Below are positions 35,013 to 49,254 of a stretch of 64,000 nt of DNA, piece by piece. The translations under genes were made by a program, and so were the position numbers. Every line of letters starts with the position of its first letter. The first letter of the stretch is position 1. The notes beneath the pieces are model-generated. The model saw only the letters and a list, made by a program, of their open reading frames with translations, did not search any database and had not been told where the DNA came from. The stretch is from Stegostoma tigrinum (taxonomy: Eukaryota), in contig NC_081391.1 of assembly GCF_030684315.1 (NCBI RefSeq), forward strand, positions 13,431,342 through 13,495,341, read 5' to 3'.

Positions 35013-38000
35013 ATGGCCTCCCAGATCAGTCAGAACTATCACCAGGATTGTGAAGCTGCTGTCAACAAGCAGATTAATGTGGAGCTCACTGCCTCCTATC
35101 TCTATCAGTCTTTGGTGAGTGCTGTCTCTCGGGGTTAAACATATAAATCTGTTCTGTTGAAGTAAATTCTTTGCCTGGCCTCTAGTGAAGCTGACAATCT
35201 AGTAGATTGAGGTTTTGTGGCTCCTACCTAAATATCAGTTCAGGATAGAGGTGGTGTTACTATCACGATGGTGTAGGATACTGATGTATGTTAACTCAGG
35301 TCCCAGTTGGCCTTCAGTGGTATCTGGAGGGTAAAAGCCTCTTGCTTTTGTTTTCTTTCTGACACAAGTTTCCTGACATCATTTGCCTGATCTCTGTGGT
35401 GGTCCTAAACAAACATGCTGATTTTTTTTAACACTGACAATAACAATAACTTCCCTGTTGCAGTGGCCCTTGTTAGTCTGAACAAACCTGAGGCTAGTCT
35501 GTGACTGGTATCTATTTTATGTGGATCTCCTTCATTGAGGCTGACTTGGCTTTACTTGTATTTATTCAAGAGGTGGGTGTGGCCTATCCCGTCCATACTG
35601 AGAGTTGATCTGCTGTGTGTGAGAAATGTTGGATCCCCTCCCCACCCCACCCCACCCCACACTGGGGCTGCGGGAATGTGCTGAGGCTATTAGCCCAGTG
35701 ACATTGAAGAAATGGAGGTTGTTCCCATATCATTTAGCTTGACCTAAAACAAAATGTCCCCTCTATCCTGGTGGTGATGTGACTGTGCCCTTCCAAGGAG
35801 TAGAATGTGCTTGGAAGGTATGTGTTGAAGTAACCTTGGTGAGTGCTGCAGGGGACCTGGTAGGTAATGGACCCTGAAAGGAGGTGGTGAATGCAGTCCC
35901 CATGAAGTGGGCTGCCCTGTCCTGGATGGTGTCTGCTTCTTGCATGTTGTAGCTCCCCTTCTACAGACACATGGGGAATATTCATCTCCCTCTGGGCTTG
36001 TGCCTATTGGAAGGAAGTTGTCTTGTAATGAGGACTAAGTCCCTATAAGCCTCACTTGGGAGGTGGGACCGCTTTATTGGTGAGCCAGTTGTTGGGGTTT
36101 AATCACTGTGTCCCACCTCTACTGGCACATGCTTCCCAAGGATAAAATCCCGACTATCTTCTGCCACAACTTGTAACTACCCACTGAAACCACAGATATT
36201 TGCTTGCCTGAGTGTGGTTTTTGGATTTGAGGATTCAAGTAACTTTTCAGGAGTCCTTCCCCAGAATATAACTCTTAGCTGATGCTTCCAATAGCGAGCA
36301 TTAGCTCTTAAACCCTTACATCGAATTGTGAACGTGACAGTTTAGATATGAGTCACATGGGCTGAAAACCTACAGGATTTTTTGCCTGTTTGGGTAAAGT
36401 CAGGGCAAGTGTTTTTCCAGGTTACTGTTTTCACTAGTGACGTTATCTACAGGCCACTGATAGTTGACATTTGATCATTTGTTTTGCAATTTGTTTCAGT
36501 CATGTGACTTGGTGCAAGCTTTTGACAGCCTGAGTTTGCACTATTTAGGCAGAGCAATAACCCACTGCTGCAAACATCCAAAGGCTGTTACTGGGCAGGC
36601 TTTCCTCGGCATTATCTTAGTGCCAAACTCCAAACTGGAGACAGCACACCTTTGTAGAGTTCATGTGTACACTTACATCCCAATCTCGTTGATCCTGAGT
36701 TTGCAGAAAACATGCTCCCTACTAGTCGTTGACTACAGCAGGGTTTCAACATCTTTTTTTCCAGTTTTCCCCAAAGGCAAAACATAGTACCTTGCGTCTT
36801 GTAGTTGAGAACTGGAATGGGGAGTGAGCCAGTGATGTCTGATGTAATTTTAACTTGATCTTCCAGATGTCCTACTTTGACCGGGACGACGTTGCCCTCG
36901 CCCATTTCTCCCGGTTCTTCAAAGATCAGTCCCAGGAGAAGCGGGAACATGTAGAAAAGCTGCTGAAATTCCAGAATCAGCGTGGAGGCCGAGTCCTCCT
37001 CCAGGATGTGAAGGTTGGGGTTGGGTGGTGGGGGAGTGCAGGGGGGAATGGCTGCTCTTGCGGTGTCATCTCCAGTGACAAGATTTTCAGATCCTGAGCG
37101 AGTGTGAGAAGTTCTTTTGCTTGGCTTCCCTGTTTGCTCTCCTCCATCTCCAGTGTTTCAGCATTTATGCAAGCCCTCTGGTCCACCAGGCCTATGCTGA
37201 CCCAGCAAAGACCGAACTGTACTCACCCTGTTCTTGGTCCAGGCCCTACTATACCCTAGTGTTTAGCACTCGCCCAGCTAGTCCTTTAAACAGTGCTGCA
37301 GTAGCCATTTCCAGCACTTTGTTCTTCCGTTCCCCAACACACCCACCAAATTTCCTCCAATCCCCTCTATCCTGCTTCCTCAAACCTGTGCCCTCTGGTC
37401 TTAGTGTCTGCCATGGGGAAGACATTTTCCCCATCTACTGTCCAGACTTCCTTGTCTTCCATCAAACAACCACCTCAGCCTCACCTGCTCAAAGGAAACC
37501 CCCCAGCCCATCCAATCTCTCTCCTCAATGGATTTTCTGTCTTGGGGAAACAACCTGGGGACCCTCACCAGCACCCCCTGCAGTACCATCCTGTCCTTCT
37601 GACTAGTGAGGACAACGATAGAATGCAGCAGAGGCCGGAAGAACAATTTTCATAAAATGTGTTCAAAGGACTTGTCCCTGTGCTGTTCCTCACAACCCTG
37701 CCCCAAACTAACACATGTTACTTGGCCTATGTCCCCTTTCACACACAGTTTGCCTTGTGTGAGCATTGAGGGATCGATGATCCTGTGTTTATTGTAAGCA
37801 CATTACTGCCCCCCACAATGAATTCAAGTAATGATGGTTCTGACCATGCTGCTCGGGCATGTATGAGGCCACAAGCACAAGTGAGACTTGAACCTCAGCC
37901 TTGTCAACCGAAGCTTGGGACACGACCGCTACTTCCCCCACAGACCTTGGGATTCACTCCTGAATATCCTTTTTAAGACTCCAGCAGATGGACACTGGTG

Positions 38001-39166
38001 CAAATGACTAATCTGGTACATATTTATTCCCTGTGGTACAAGGATACGTTCCTGAGCTTCCGGCTTCAGGTCAAGGATAAATGGGGCAAGGTGAAAGGAG
38101 TCACCAAGTAGCTAATGTTTTCTTTATCTGGACTTCAGGGATGGCACAGTGGCTCAGTGGTTGGCACTGTTGACTCAGTGCCAGGGGCACCAGTTTGGTT
38201 CTGGCCTGTGACAAGAATTTAAACGTTATCCCAAAGCATGGCTTCCCCACACACTAGAAAAGAGGATTGGCAACTTGAAATGCAGGTTACACGAACAGGG
38301 TGGGAATGGGACCAGATGGGATGCTCTTCAGCAGTTATGGTCTCAATGGGGTGAATGGCCAGCTCCCATGCTGCAGGGATTCTGTTTCTGAAGCTTACCT
38401 GTCCTTCTCTCCATCCCCAGAAGCCAGAGAGGGATGAGTGGGGTAACAGTCTGCAGGCAATGCAGGTTGCCCTGAATCTGGAGAAGAATGTGAACCAGAG
38501 TTTGCTGGATCTACACCAACTCGCCACAGCCCAGACTGACCCTCATGTAAGCTTCACCTCCTCATTCACATCACTGCTAGACCCTCAGGGTAACATTTCA
38601 TTGGTTGGTCTGTGTGGATTGGAAATTCACTGATGTAACACTTTCCATCCATTACTTTCCTGAACTATTGTAACATTGTAATCAGTATGATCCCAAGTGA
38701 TCAATGAGGTATAAGGGGAATTTGATCTCTAATCTAGTGGAAGTGCTGAAATGACGTTGGCCACTGAGTTCTTCATTAGTATCATTGCAGTGGAATGATC
38801 ATTGTCCATCACAATCCAACTCAGCTCCATTTCACAAACAGCAAGATGCAGCAGCTGACATGTTGTCCTCACTGGCACAAATTCTCCAGGTGTTAGCTCG
38901 CTTTTCAGGGCTGTCCAGAGCTAGTCATGGCTAAGTCTGTCTTGCAGAGGGAATTCTGAAATTGTCTTGGATAGTATAAATGTACCAAGTGTCATATTCC
39001 TCTGTTGCAGCTGTGTGACTTCCTGGAGACTCACTATTTGGATGAGGAGGTGGAGATCATCAAGCAACTCGGGGACTACATCACCAACCTGAAGCGCCTG
39101 GGAGCCCCTGAGAATGGGATGGGAGAGTACCTGTTTGACAGGCTCTCCCTGGAGGACAGCAGTTAG
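35013..39166 (+). CDS. Ferritin copy E, intact 176-aa ORF
   Basis: Exons 35013-35114, 36867-37013, 38421-38546, 39011-39166 with canonical splice sites. AATAAA at 39294-39299. Confidence 0.93.
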
Positions 39167-41156
39167 TGTGGCCTGGAGTACTGTCTGCTTGGTCTGAATG
39201 CATTCCCCACTTCACCCTGGGCAATCTGGCTCCATCCAGGGAGAAGGGGCTTGCAGCAAACAATGTAATGGCTGTACCAGCTGAATGGGAATGAATAAAA
39301 TGTATTGATGTTGCTTATTGTCCATCATTGAGACCCTTGATATTAAAGAGCTTTTGAGAGCTTCAAGCCTGTAATTTTGGCTAATGAAATTATCAATAAT
39401 TTGACAAAATATTTCCCTGGTCTTCTCTCCAACACACCCCCGCCTCAGTCTCGGAAATCCCGAGGAACTTCCTCTGTTATGAATCAAAGTTATTCCTCCA
39501 GCCAGAGCATGAGGTTGGGGCCTGTGGGGTGTAAAATCACTTTGTACTGTTATCTCACACCCAGGAATGATGAATACACGTGCAGCTAAAATTTTGTATT
39601 GTTTTCAAAAGAGAAAACACGCCTGCATGTGCAAAAGAAAGACTTGACACCCACTTTCAGAGAAACAGGGCTGTTGGATGCTTATTTTCATGTCTAGCTT
39701 GCATAGCAATAGCTTCCCTGTCAACCTCCACCAACCTAGACTGATGCTAAAGTCAACTGAAATCACAAGTTGATGCCAACATAAATTATGTGCGGGCTGG
39801 CTCAGCTTTCCTCAACAAGAGCTTATCTCACAGCACGTACAATGAATACACATGCAGTTAAGATTCTCGGTGAGCCAGTTGAGGTTCAAGCCAAGACCAG
39901 CCGTGTGCCCTGCTGACCACCGCCACCAACTGCCTGCCTCAGGACAGCCATCAGCAGTTGCTCACAGTGACCAGTTCATTTGTTCCTTCGCCTGAGGAAT
40001 ATGTGCTGCTCTCCCCGGGGATGTGGATTGAATACCCATTGTAGCTCGACAAGAGAATTCACACGGGGGGAACCGTTTGCCATGAGTAATCCAAAGCTGT
40101 CCTAATGTGGCTTTGCTCCATTTACTTTCTTGCTCTCTGCCAAGTCTTGGTCAAAAACCCCACCACGCCTAGTAATAAACTTCAGGCCGGCCAGCCCAGA
40201 GCTGGGAATATTCAGCACAAGTCTGCTTGAAAAAATTCACCTGAGCTGGATGCACTTAATGGCACCTACAGCAGGATAATAGTGACCTGGGAATAACACA
40301 GCAACGCTCCTGGTTAAATGCTGCCATTTGATTGGCTCTTGCTGCTAAAGCCAGCATTGAGCCCACTAAGCTGCTCCCTTGGTTCCTCTGAGCTTCCCCC
40401 ACGGGGAGGGTTACTCCTGATGCAGGTTGATTTCACCCGATCACATTGAAGGAGCAGTGTGACTCAGGGAGGAGAACTGGAGATGCTGACTTTCCTGAAT
40501 GGCTGCTTCCTTTATCTTTCGAGGTGTCAGAGATCGTGGTTTAGGGTGGGGGCTGTCAGAGACATCCTGGGGAATGTTTCAGGGAGTTTTGTAGCGAGTG
40601 CACACTGCAGCCTTCACTGAGGTGTGGGTCTTTAAGGCACTGAATGTATTTGTTCCACCACATAAAGTGTTTTATTTTAAACAATCTTGAGTCTTGGCTG
40701 TAGAATCCCTGTCGTGCAGGAAGAGGTTTTTCAGCTCATTTCGTCTGCACTGATCCTCTGAACAGCATCTTGTTCAGACACACCCTGCCTTCTTACGCCA
40801 TCTTTCCCATGGCCAGTCCAAAATAAACTGCATGTCTTTGGACTGTGGGAGGAGGTCCACACAGGCACGGGGAGGATGTGCAGCCTCTACACGTGACTGG
40901 AATTGACCCCAGGTCCCTGGCACGAGGGTTCAGTAATGCTAACCATTAAAATACCCTGTTTGCATACAATTAGAGTTAATGACTCATTCCATATGCAAAC
41001 AGACCCTTCGGCTACTCCAGCATTATTCCTAACTTCAGTCTTATCGATGGTGGACAGACTCTGAAAAGTCTGACGTAGAGTTATTCACAACAGAATTCCC
41101 AGACTCTGACTTGGTCTCAAAGCCATGAGCTCATTAATTAATTGCCCATGGTTTCT

Positions 41157-42368
41157 TAGAAAATAGAACCTAGAACAGTACAGCACAGTTCAGGCCCTTC
41201 AGCCCACGATGATGTGCCGAACGTTTATCCTAAACCCAAGGCCTGTCTCACCTCCACTACTTTATGCTATCATCCATATGCTTATCTAATAGCCGCTTAA
41301 ATGCCCCTAACGAGGCCGACTCCACTACACTCTCCGGAAATGCAATCCATGCCCCGGCCACTCTCTGAGTAAAGAACCTACCTCTGACATCTCCTCTGTA
41401 TCTACCTCCACTCACTTCAAAACTATGCCCCCTCATAATAGCTAACTCCATCTTAGGAAAAAGTCTCTGGCTGTCTAATCTGCCTATACTTATGATCATT
41501 TTGTACACCTCTATCAAGTCACCTCTCATCCTTTGTTCTGAAGAGAAAAGCCCTCGTTCTCTCAACCTTTCCTCGTAAGACCTTCCCTCCATTCCAAGCA
41601 ACATCCTGGTAAATCTCCTCTGCACCTTTTCTAACGCTTCCACATCTTTGCTGGAATGAGGTGACCAGAACTGGACACAATACTCCAGATGTGGCCGAAC
41701 CAGGCTTTTGTCTAGCAGGAGCATAACTTCACAGCTCTTGAACTCAATCCCTCTATGAATGAAAGCTAACACACCACATGCCTTCTTAACAACTCTATCC
41801 ACCTGGCTGGCAGCTTTCAGGGAACTGTGGACATGAACCCTGAGATCCATCTGCTCCTCCACACTGCCAAGAATCTTTCCATTAACCCTGTATTCTGCTT
41901 TCAAATTTGTCCTTCCAAAATGAATCATTTACCAAAATCATAAATAGAAGAGGACCCCGAACAGACCCTTGAGGTACACCACTCATAACTGAGCACCATG
42001 TTGAATATTTTCAGTCAACTGTCACCCATGTCTTCCATGGGTCAGCCAATTCTGAATCCAATCTGCCTCATTTCCCCCGTCGCATGCCTCCTGACTTTCT
42101 GCCCGAGCCTGCCATGGGCAACCTGATCAAACGCCTTACTTCAATCCATGTATCCCACATTCACTGATCTACCTTCATTCACATGTTTGGTCATCACTTC
42201 AAAGAATTCAATCAGATTTGTGAGGCATGATGTGATCATTAATTCTGTTTCTTAGAGTCCTTCCCATTAATTTGCCAACCACTGGCATAAGACTAGCTGG
42301 CCTGTAATTTCCAGGGTTACCCCGATTCCCTTTTTTGAACACATGAATAATATTCACATTTGTCCTTC
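41157..42368 (-). mobile_element. CR1 LINE upstream of copy F (paralogue of 15865-17298, internally deleted)
   Basis: ORF 41257-41928. Same flanks as the copy upstream of C. Confidence 0.93.
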
Positions 42369-43110
42369 AAAGCAAAAAGATAGCACTAGACTGCAACCTG
42401 CTATTTGAAGCAGATATTGAGTAAAAGTAACTTGCTTCCACCAGTCTGTACATCAGTGCTGTGATCATACTCGAACGTTCATTGGGGATCCTCAATTCCC
42501 AAAGCCTCACAGGCCACCAGTGCATGGGAGGCTGCTCCATTCAACGCAGTTGCTGAGCCATACATTCTACAGAATGTAATGTAAACAGGACCAGAAACTC
42601 TCCACTTGGAAACATGCTGGACTTAAGCTCTCGATCTACTTCAAACAATTAAAAATCAAACTTTGCGATAGAAAGTTTGCATGTGCTATACATTTCCAGC
42701 AGCAATGTAGACAGGGAGGTGTGAGGTCTACTATGCAGGAGAGGCACTCAGCACATTTAGCGCCTTGCTTTTCAAACTGCACTTCATGAACCCAACGTCA
42801 AGGAGATCACAGCAGATTCAGAATGGATCCACAAAGGAATGAGCTTCCTGTATGAGATAACCCAAAAGCACATTGTTTCTGTCGCTGCACAGCAATAAGA
42901 AAATGTTTATTGTTAACAAAATCTGGCCATTTTTCAATGGGCTCCAACGCTGTTATTCAACAAGTACAAAGACTAATCCCTCAGAGTAACAAACTGACAG
43001 AATTCTGCCAATCTGTGATGAGTGTGTCTTAAGATATAATCTCAGATACAATTGTGAACTTTTAGAGGATATTTTATTGTCATTTTCTCATAGAAATACT
43101 TCCAGAATTT

Positions 43111-43312
43111 GCACTTGTGCAGGAGGTCAAAGGTCATTCAGCAATTCCATCATCGACCAGTTGTCAATTCTGATCGTTTTCTGGATCCAATTCCCATCCT
43201 GCACTGATTGGACGTGGCAGCTGATCAATTGATGAACAAGAGTGATTGGCCATCACTGATGATGTCATTTCCTGCTTCATAAAATGAGAGTCTGCTCCTG
43301 GAGTATAAGTAA
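43111..43312 (+). promoter_or_regulatory. Conserved promoter block, copy F
   Basis: Perfect DR1 43124-43136, two ATTGG boxes, TATAAG at 43304. Confidence 0.62.
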
Positions 43313-43408
43313 TGCCCCAAGGACGTTATGTTTTTTTGTCTAGTTGATGTTGGTTCTAAATTGGTCACTTATGTTGTGAATAGAGTAAAACAAACTCCCC
43401 ATCACAAG

Positions 43409-46400
43409 ATGGCCTCCCAGATTAGTCAGAACTATCACCAGGATTGTGAAGCTGCTGTCAACAAGCAGATTCATGTGGAGCTCACTGCCTCCTATCTCTA
43501 TCAGTCTTTGGTGAGTCTTGTCCCTAGGGGGTTAAAACTTGATCTATGTAGTTGCAGTAAATGGTTTCTCTTGAATTTAAATAACTGGACACTCTCTCTG
43601 GTCGACTGAGTTTTGTGGTCCTTTCCTAAATATTAATTCAGGATAAGGGCAATGTTACTATACCAATGGGGTTTGATAATGATGTACTCTGAAGCTGGGT
43701 CCCAGTTGGCATTTGGAGATATGTGGAGGTTTAAGTGTCCCTGGAGATATTTGCCAGTTTTGATTGGCAGTAGATGTCATTCCCTCTAAGATTACACAGC
43801 AGGCTGAGCAGGATGGCTGATGTTTTGGGGCTTGACCCTTCTGAAGGTGTGTCTAGGCCCAAAACATCAGCTTTCCTGCTCCTTTGCTTGGCCTGATGTG
43901 TTCATTCAGCTCTACATCATTGTATCTCAAGGGGTAGAGTGTGTTTGGAAGTTGTGTTGAAGTAACCTTGGTGAGTGCTGCAGGGGACCTGGTAGATAAT
44001 GGACCCTGAAAGGAGGTGGTGAATGCAGTCCCCATCAAGTGGGCTGCTCTGTCTTGGATGGTGTCTGCTTCTTGCATGTGGCAGCTCCACCTCCACAGAC
44101 ACATGGAGAAGCTTCATCACACTCAGCTTTTTTCTCTTAGAAAGAAGATGCCTCATGACAGATGGATGAAGCCTGTGTAAACTCCATTTGGGAGGTGGGT
44201 ACAGCTTTCATTGGTGAGCTAGTTGATGGGTGTTAATTCCTGACCAGGGTCCCAATTCCCTTGGGGAACATGTGTGCCAATTCTAAAATCCTTCCTATTC
44301 TCTCCCGCCACAGCTTGTCCCTACCCCAATTAAACAGCCAAGAAATTTTGTTTGACTGCTTCTGCTTCAAGAAAGTAACTTCCCACCAGGTTTCCTCAAC
44401 AACAAAACCCTTAGCTCCTGTTTCAAATATCAGAAGAATAGCCCTTCATAAACCTCAAGGCATTGGATTGTGAATATCTCGGTTCGGAAGTGAGTCACAT
44501 ATGGGTGGACAAACAACAGAACGCTGCCTGCTGGAATAAGCCAAACTCTGGTGTCCAGCTTTGTGTTAACTAGTGATGTTAGATCAGCCATTATCTGGAG
44601 GTACATGTCGCATTGGCCTGCTCCCCCTCTCCCTCTCCCCCTGCGTGCTCTTGTGGTCATGTGACCCTTGTTTTCTCCCCCCCGACCCCTTCTGGATGTG
44701 AGTGCACTAATTTTAGTGTGCTATAAACTATAGCTGCAACAATCCAGAGGCTGTTACTGGGTAGGTTTTCCTTTGCACTATCTTGTTGTCGCTTTCTCTC
44801 ATTCGCCTCTACTATATCTTGTAGTAATAAAATATACCGTACACTATCTCCCTGGTTTTGAGGCTGCAGAAACCTTGCTTCCTCCTGGTTATATTGTTAC
44901 AGCAGTGTCTAACATGCATTTCCATGCCAGCCCCAAAGGAGCAATAGTGTTGCAGCTCCGCTACTCAACTATAGCCTGCACTCCAGCTCCTGGTGCTTGT
45001 TTCAGCTGTTTTTTAGGCTCTAAATTTGTCCAATTCAAATGAAGGTTAGTGAGTGAAAACATGGCTGGATGCAAGAAGAGCTATAATGCTGTGCCAGACA
45101 GCCTGAGCAATTCACTGTTTTAAGCCAAACTTTTGCCAGTTTCCAATAGGAAATTGGGATTGTTGTTAGTTCCCAGTTGAAGGATCTGCTGGCCAGCTGG
45201 ATATCAGCGGATTCTCAACCATGTTCACATACCACGCAGTTAACAGCTAACTGAGCAGTTAGCTTGCTGCAGAAGGCTGAACTAGAATTTGGAGTCAGTG
45301 CTGTGTTCAATGGGCTTTAACATGTTCTCTCCCTTCCAGATGACCTACTTTGACTGGGATGATGTGGCCCTCCCCCACTTCTCCCAGTTCTTCAAAGATC
45401 AGTCCCAGGTGAAGCAGGAACCTGCAGAGAAGCTGCTGAAATTCCAGAATCAGCGTGGAGGCAGAGGCTGAGTCCTCCTCCAGGATGTGAAGGTTGGAGT
45501 TGTGTGGGAGGGTTGCAGCTGTGGGGAAGAGAATGGCAGCTCTTGTGGTGCTGCTTCCTGTTGGGATGTAAAAATCCTCTTTTGGCCTGGCTTCCCTGTT
45601 TGATTTCTTTTGAAGGCAGTTTCTAAACTAGCCCTATTGTCCACCGTGTCTATGCTGCCCACAAACCTCAAACTACATTAACACAATTTCCTTGCACTTA
45701 GTCCCCAGCCTACTATCTTCTGGCATGAAGAAGTTGTTGAGATTAGGCTTAAATGTTGCTGGAGTAACTTCCTCCACTGACCCCTCAGGTCATGCATCCC
45801 ATACCTCTCCCACCCTCCATTATCCTCCAATCTCCTCAAACCTGTGCCATCTGGTCTTCATGTCTGCCACAGGGACTGTCTATTGTCCATACTCCCTGAT
45901 CTTCCACACTTCCATGAGATAACCATCCCAGTCTATCCAACCTCCCTCTCATCATTGTTTTTTTTGTCAGTTTTCTTCCCCCATCTTGGGCCAACATCCT
46001 GATGACCCTCACCTGTACCCCCTCCAGTGTCACCCTGTCCCTCTGATTGTGGTTCTGGTCACCACACTACATTCCTTCTTTGGTCTGGCCAATGCTGCCA
46101 TGTTTATGGCAAGACTCATCCTTTTTACTGATCCCCAACTCCTGGAGACCAGCATCATGTCAGCCCCTTCCCCACTCTGTCTACCTTTGCTGAACCTTGA
46201 GGGATGGCCTTGGGCATTTGTTGCTTGTCCCTTTTACTGTAAGCCCATTGCTGCTCCCTTCAATGAATTAAACAGCAGTGATGTCTGATCATCCTGCTCA
46301 GACATGTATGAAGCCACTGGCACAGGTGAGACATAGATGCCTGGCCTGCAAGGTCCAGATTGGTACTCTACCTCAAGAGCCCTTGAGACTAAGGTGTGAA

Positions 46401-47550
46401 TGTCCTGATCTAAATGACAAATGGGCACTGGTGCAAACAGTTTAACTTTGTGTGAAATAAATCCCTGTCCCCACAATGACTTCATGCTTCAGATCAAGGA
46501 TAAATGGAGCAAAGTGAAGTCACCTACAAGTCATCAATGTGGGTTTTAGGGGTGGCACAGTTGCTCAGTGGTTAGCACTGCTGCCTCAGTGCCAGGGACA
46601 CAGGTTTAGCTCTGGCCTCTGGTGACTGGTGCTGACATGATCAGTTTCTTCCTACAGTCCAAATATGGGCAGGCTGGGTGAAGTAGCTGTGGGGGAAATG
46701 CAGGGCTATGGGATCAGGTAAATCTGAGATCTGCTTCAGAAGGTTGATTGCAGACTCAATGGGCTGAATGGCCTGCTCCCATGCTGCAGGAAGTCTGATT
46801 CTGAGGCTTAACTGTTCTTCTTTCCCCCCTCCAGAAGCCAGAGAGGGATGAGTAGGGTAACAGCCTGCAGGCAATGCAAGTTCTCCTGGATCTGGAGAAG
46901 AACGTGAACCAGAGTTTGTTGGATCTACCCCAACTCGCCACAGCCCAGACTGACCCTCATGTAAGCTTCACCTCTTCATTCTCACCACTGCCATGCCTCC
47001 TCAACTTCATTGGTTGATCTTTGTGGAGTGGAAAGTCACAGATGTAACTCTGTCCAGATGCTACATTGTCATCATAATTATGTTATTAAGGTACAATGTT
47101 ACAACTGCTCAACACTGAACTGAAATAGGAATTTGGATTACAGTCTAGTGGGAATGCTGATGTGATTTTTGGCTGCTGAATTGGGGATTGTTGCACGATA
47201 CAATACAACTTGGAGCTCTTTCAGAAGGTGAGATGGATCAGCTGAAATGTTGTCGTCACTGGCATCAATTCTCCACCTGGTAGCTAGATTTTCAGGGCTG
47301 TCTAGAGCTAGTTATGGCTAAGGGTTTTTCAGTGGGAATTATGAAATTGTCTTGGACAGTGTTAATGCACTCAGTTGTCATCTTCCTCTGTTGCAGCTGA
47401 GACTTCCTGGAGACTCACTATTTGGATGAGGAGGTGGAGATCATCAAGCAACTCGGGGACTACATCACCAACCTGAAGCGCCTGGGAGCCCCTGAGAATG
47501 GGATGGGAGAGTACCTGTTTGACAGGCTCTCCCTGGAGGACAGCAGTTAG
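43409..47550 (+). pseudogene. Ferritin copy F, multiply inactivated
   Basis: Exons 43409-43510, 45340-45492 (6-nt insertion, TGA at 45469-45471), 46835-46960 (TGG>TAG at 46853-46855), 47397-47550 (2-nt deletion at exon start, CTGAGAC versus CTGTGTGAC). Confidence 0.95.
43792..43930. mobile_element. Decayed Penelope terminal inverted remnant in intron 1 of copy F
   Basis: GCTGATGTTTTGGG...CCCAAAACATCAGC inverted pair, with similarity to the Penelope termini at 19680 and 57450. Confidence 0.6.
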
Positions 47551-49254
47551 TGTGGCCTGGAGTACTGTCTGCTTGGTCTGAATGCATTCCCCACTTCACC
47601 CTGGGCAATCTGTCTCCTTCCAGGGGGAAGGAATTTTGTAGCAAAGAATGTAATGGCTGTACCAGCTGAATGGAAATGAATAAAATGATATATTGATATT
47701 GGTTTTTGTCCATCATTTTGAGACCATTGATACCTTTCTTTGGTCAATCAAGCTTTCCTACTGAAGTTCACCCCCCCCCCCCCCCCAACACTGTGGACAG
47801 ACTCTAGGCCTATGGGAGCCAGTTCAGGTTCAAATCGGGGCCTGTGACCTACCCTTGCAATAGCCATTGACAGTTGGCCCCACTGACCAGTTCGCATTTA
47901 AGTTTTTGTCAGTTGTCTGCTGCTCCTCCCAGGGCACCTTGGGGTTTTCTAAATAACTGTCTTGGTTTAACTGCATTGCTCTCTTTTCCCAGAAGCAATC
48001 CAAAGTTTGTCTTCCAAGTGGCTTCATCAGTGTTTTTGCTGTCTTTCCTTCACCCATGGGCTCAGCAACTTTCTCTTCCAACGGCTTCTCTCCTCGACCC
48101 CACCCTGCCTGCCCCCACCACCTAAATAACTGGAAGTCTGCCAGCCCTGAGCTGGGGAAATTCGGCCCAAACTTTCACAACAGTCACATTCCAGGGAATC
48201 GGCTCCAGATTCTCTGGGGCTACCTGATTGATAGTGGATGGTCTTGATCCCATAAAGACAAGGATTGGTGACCTGGGGCTTGGATGATAGCCCACGGTTT
48301 AAAAATACTCCCATTTGGTTTATGCTTGCAGCTACAACTGGCTTCTTACTGTTGAAGGGTTTGTATGAAAAGCTGCTGCCTTGGTTCTTGGAACCTTTCC
48401 ATGGGCTGAAGGTTCTTTTTTCTTTTGACATGCTTCAATTTGAACAAGTGAGGGAGCAGGGATTTCTGGGGAAGGTGGGGACTGTCTCCTTCAGACAAGA
48501 TGCCTGGACATGCTGACATTCCTATACAGCTGTTTCCTTGATCATTCAAGGTGTCAGATCATGGCTGAGGGAGGGGGATGAACAGAGACAGCCCAGAGTT
48601 TGTCTTGAGTTTTGTCGAAGTGCACACGGCAGCCTTAGGAAGAGTGTGGGTCATTGAGGTACTGAATATATTTGTTCCATCACAATAATCCTTTTTATTT
48701 TGCCCAGTCTCAATCCTTGGTGATAGAATCCCTACTCTCCTGGAAGGGGCCGTTTGACCCACGTAGTATCAACCTTCTGCCCAGCATCCTGCTCAGTCAC
48801 ACCACAGTCCTTTGACCCTGTGTTTCCCCTGGCCCCTCTCCCCTCAAACCTGTGCCCTCTAGTTTTGGACTTCCCTACCCTGTCGCAGCATGCTTTTTAT
48901 ATACAGTCATTCTTGAGTGTGCCAATGGCAAGGCTACATCTCGTGCTCAGCAGCTGGTTATTACAGATGGTCTGGTGTAGCAGACTCTGGAATGATGCTG
49001 CTGAGGAGGGGCTTCTGGGATTTTCATTCACAGAAAACCCTGAGGCCTACTGTGTATACGAGTCACTCAGCACATTTAGCATCTTGCTTTTCAAACTGGG
49101 ATTCATGAGACCCTTCATGAGGGATCACAGCAGATTCAGAACAGATCTAAAGGACATCGGTTGCCTGTATTAGACGATCCAAAAGCATACTATTCTGTTG
49201 CTGCGCAGAAATAGGAAAATGTTCATGTCAACCAAATCTGGGCATTTTAGAAAG

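Larger units (their letters stand above)
25901..43280 (+). repeat. Segmental duplication of about 1-18200 (offset about 25-26 kb)
   Basis: D matches A (ATG offset 25900) and E matches B (offset 26046). Shared CR1 insertions are in the same order and orientation. Similarity is patchy. Confidence 0.88.

Noticed and set aside
46549-46625. tRNA-like sequence with A/B boxes
   Set aside because: It is the head of the SINE, continues into the SINE body, and does not give a full cloverleaf.
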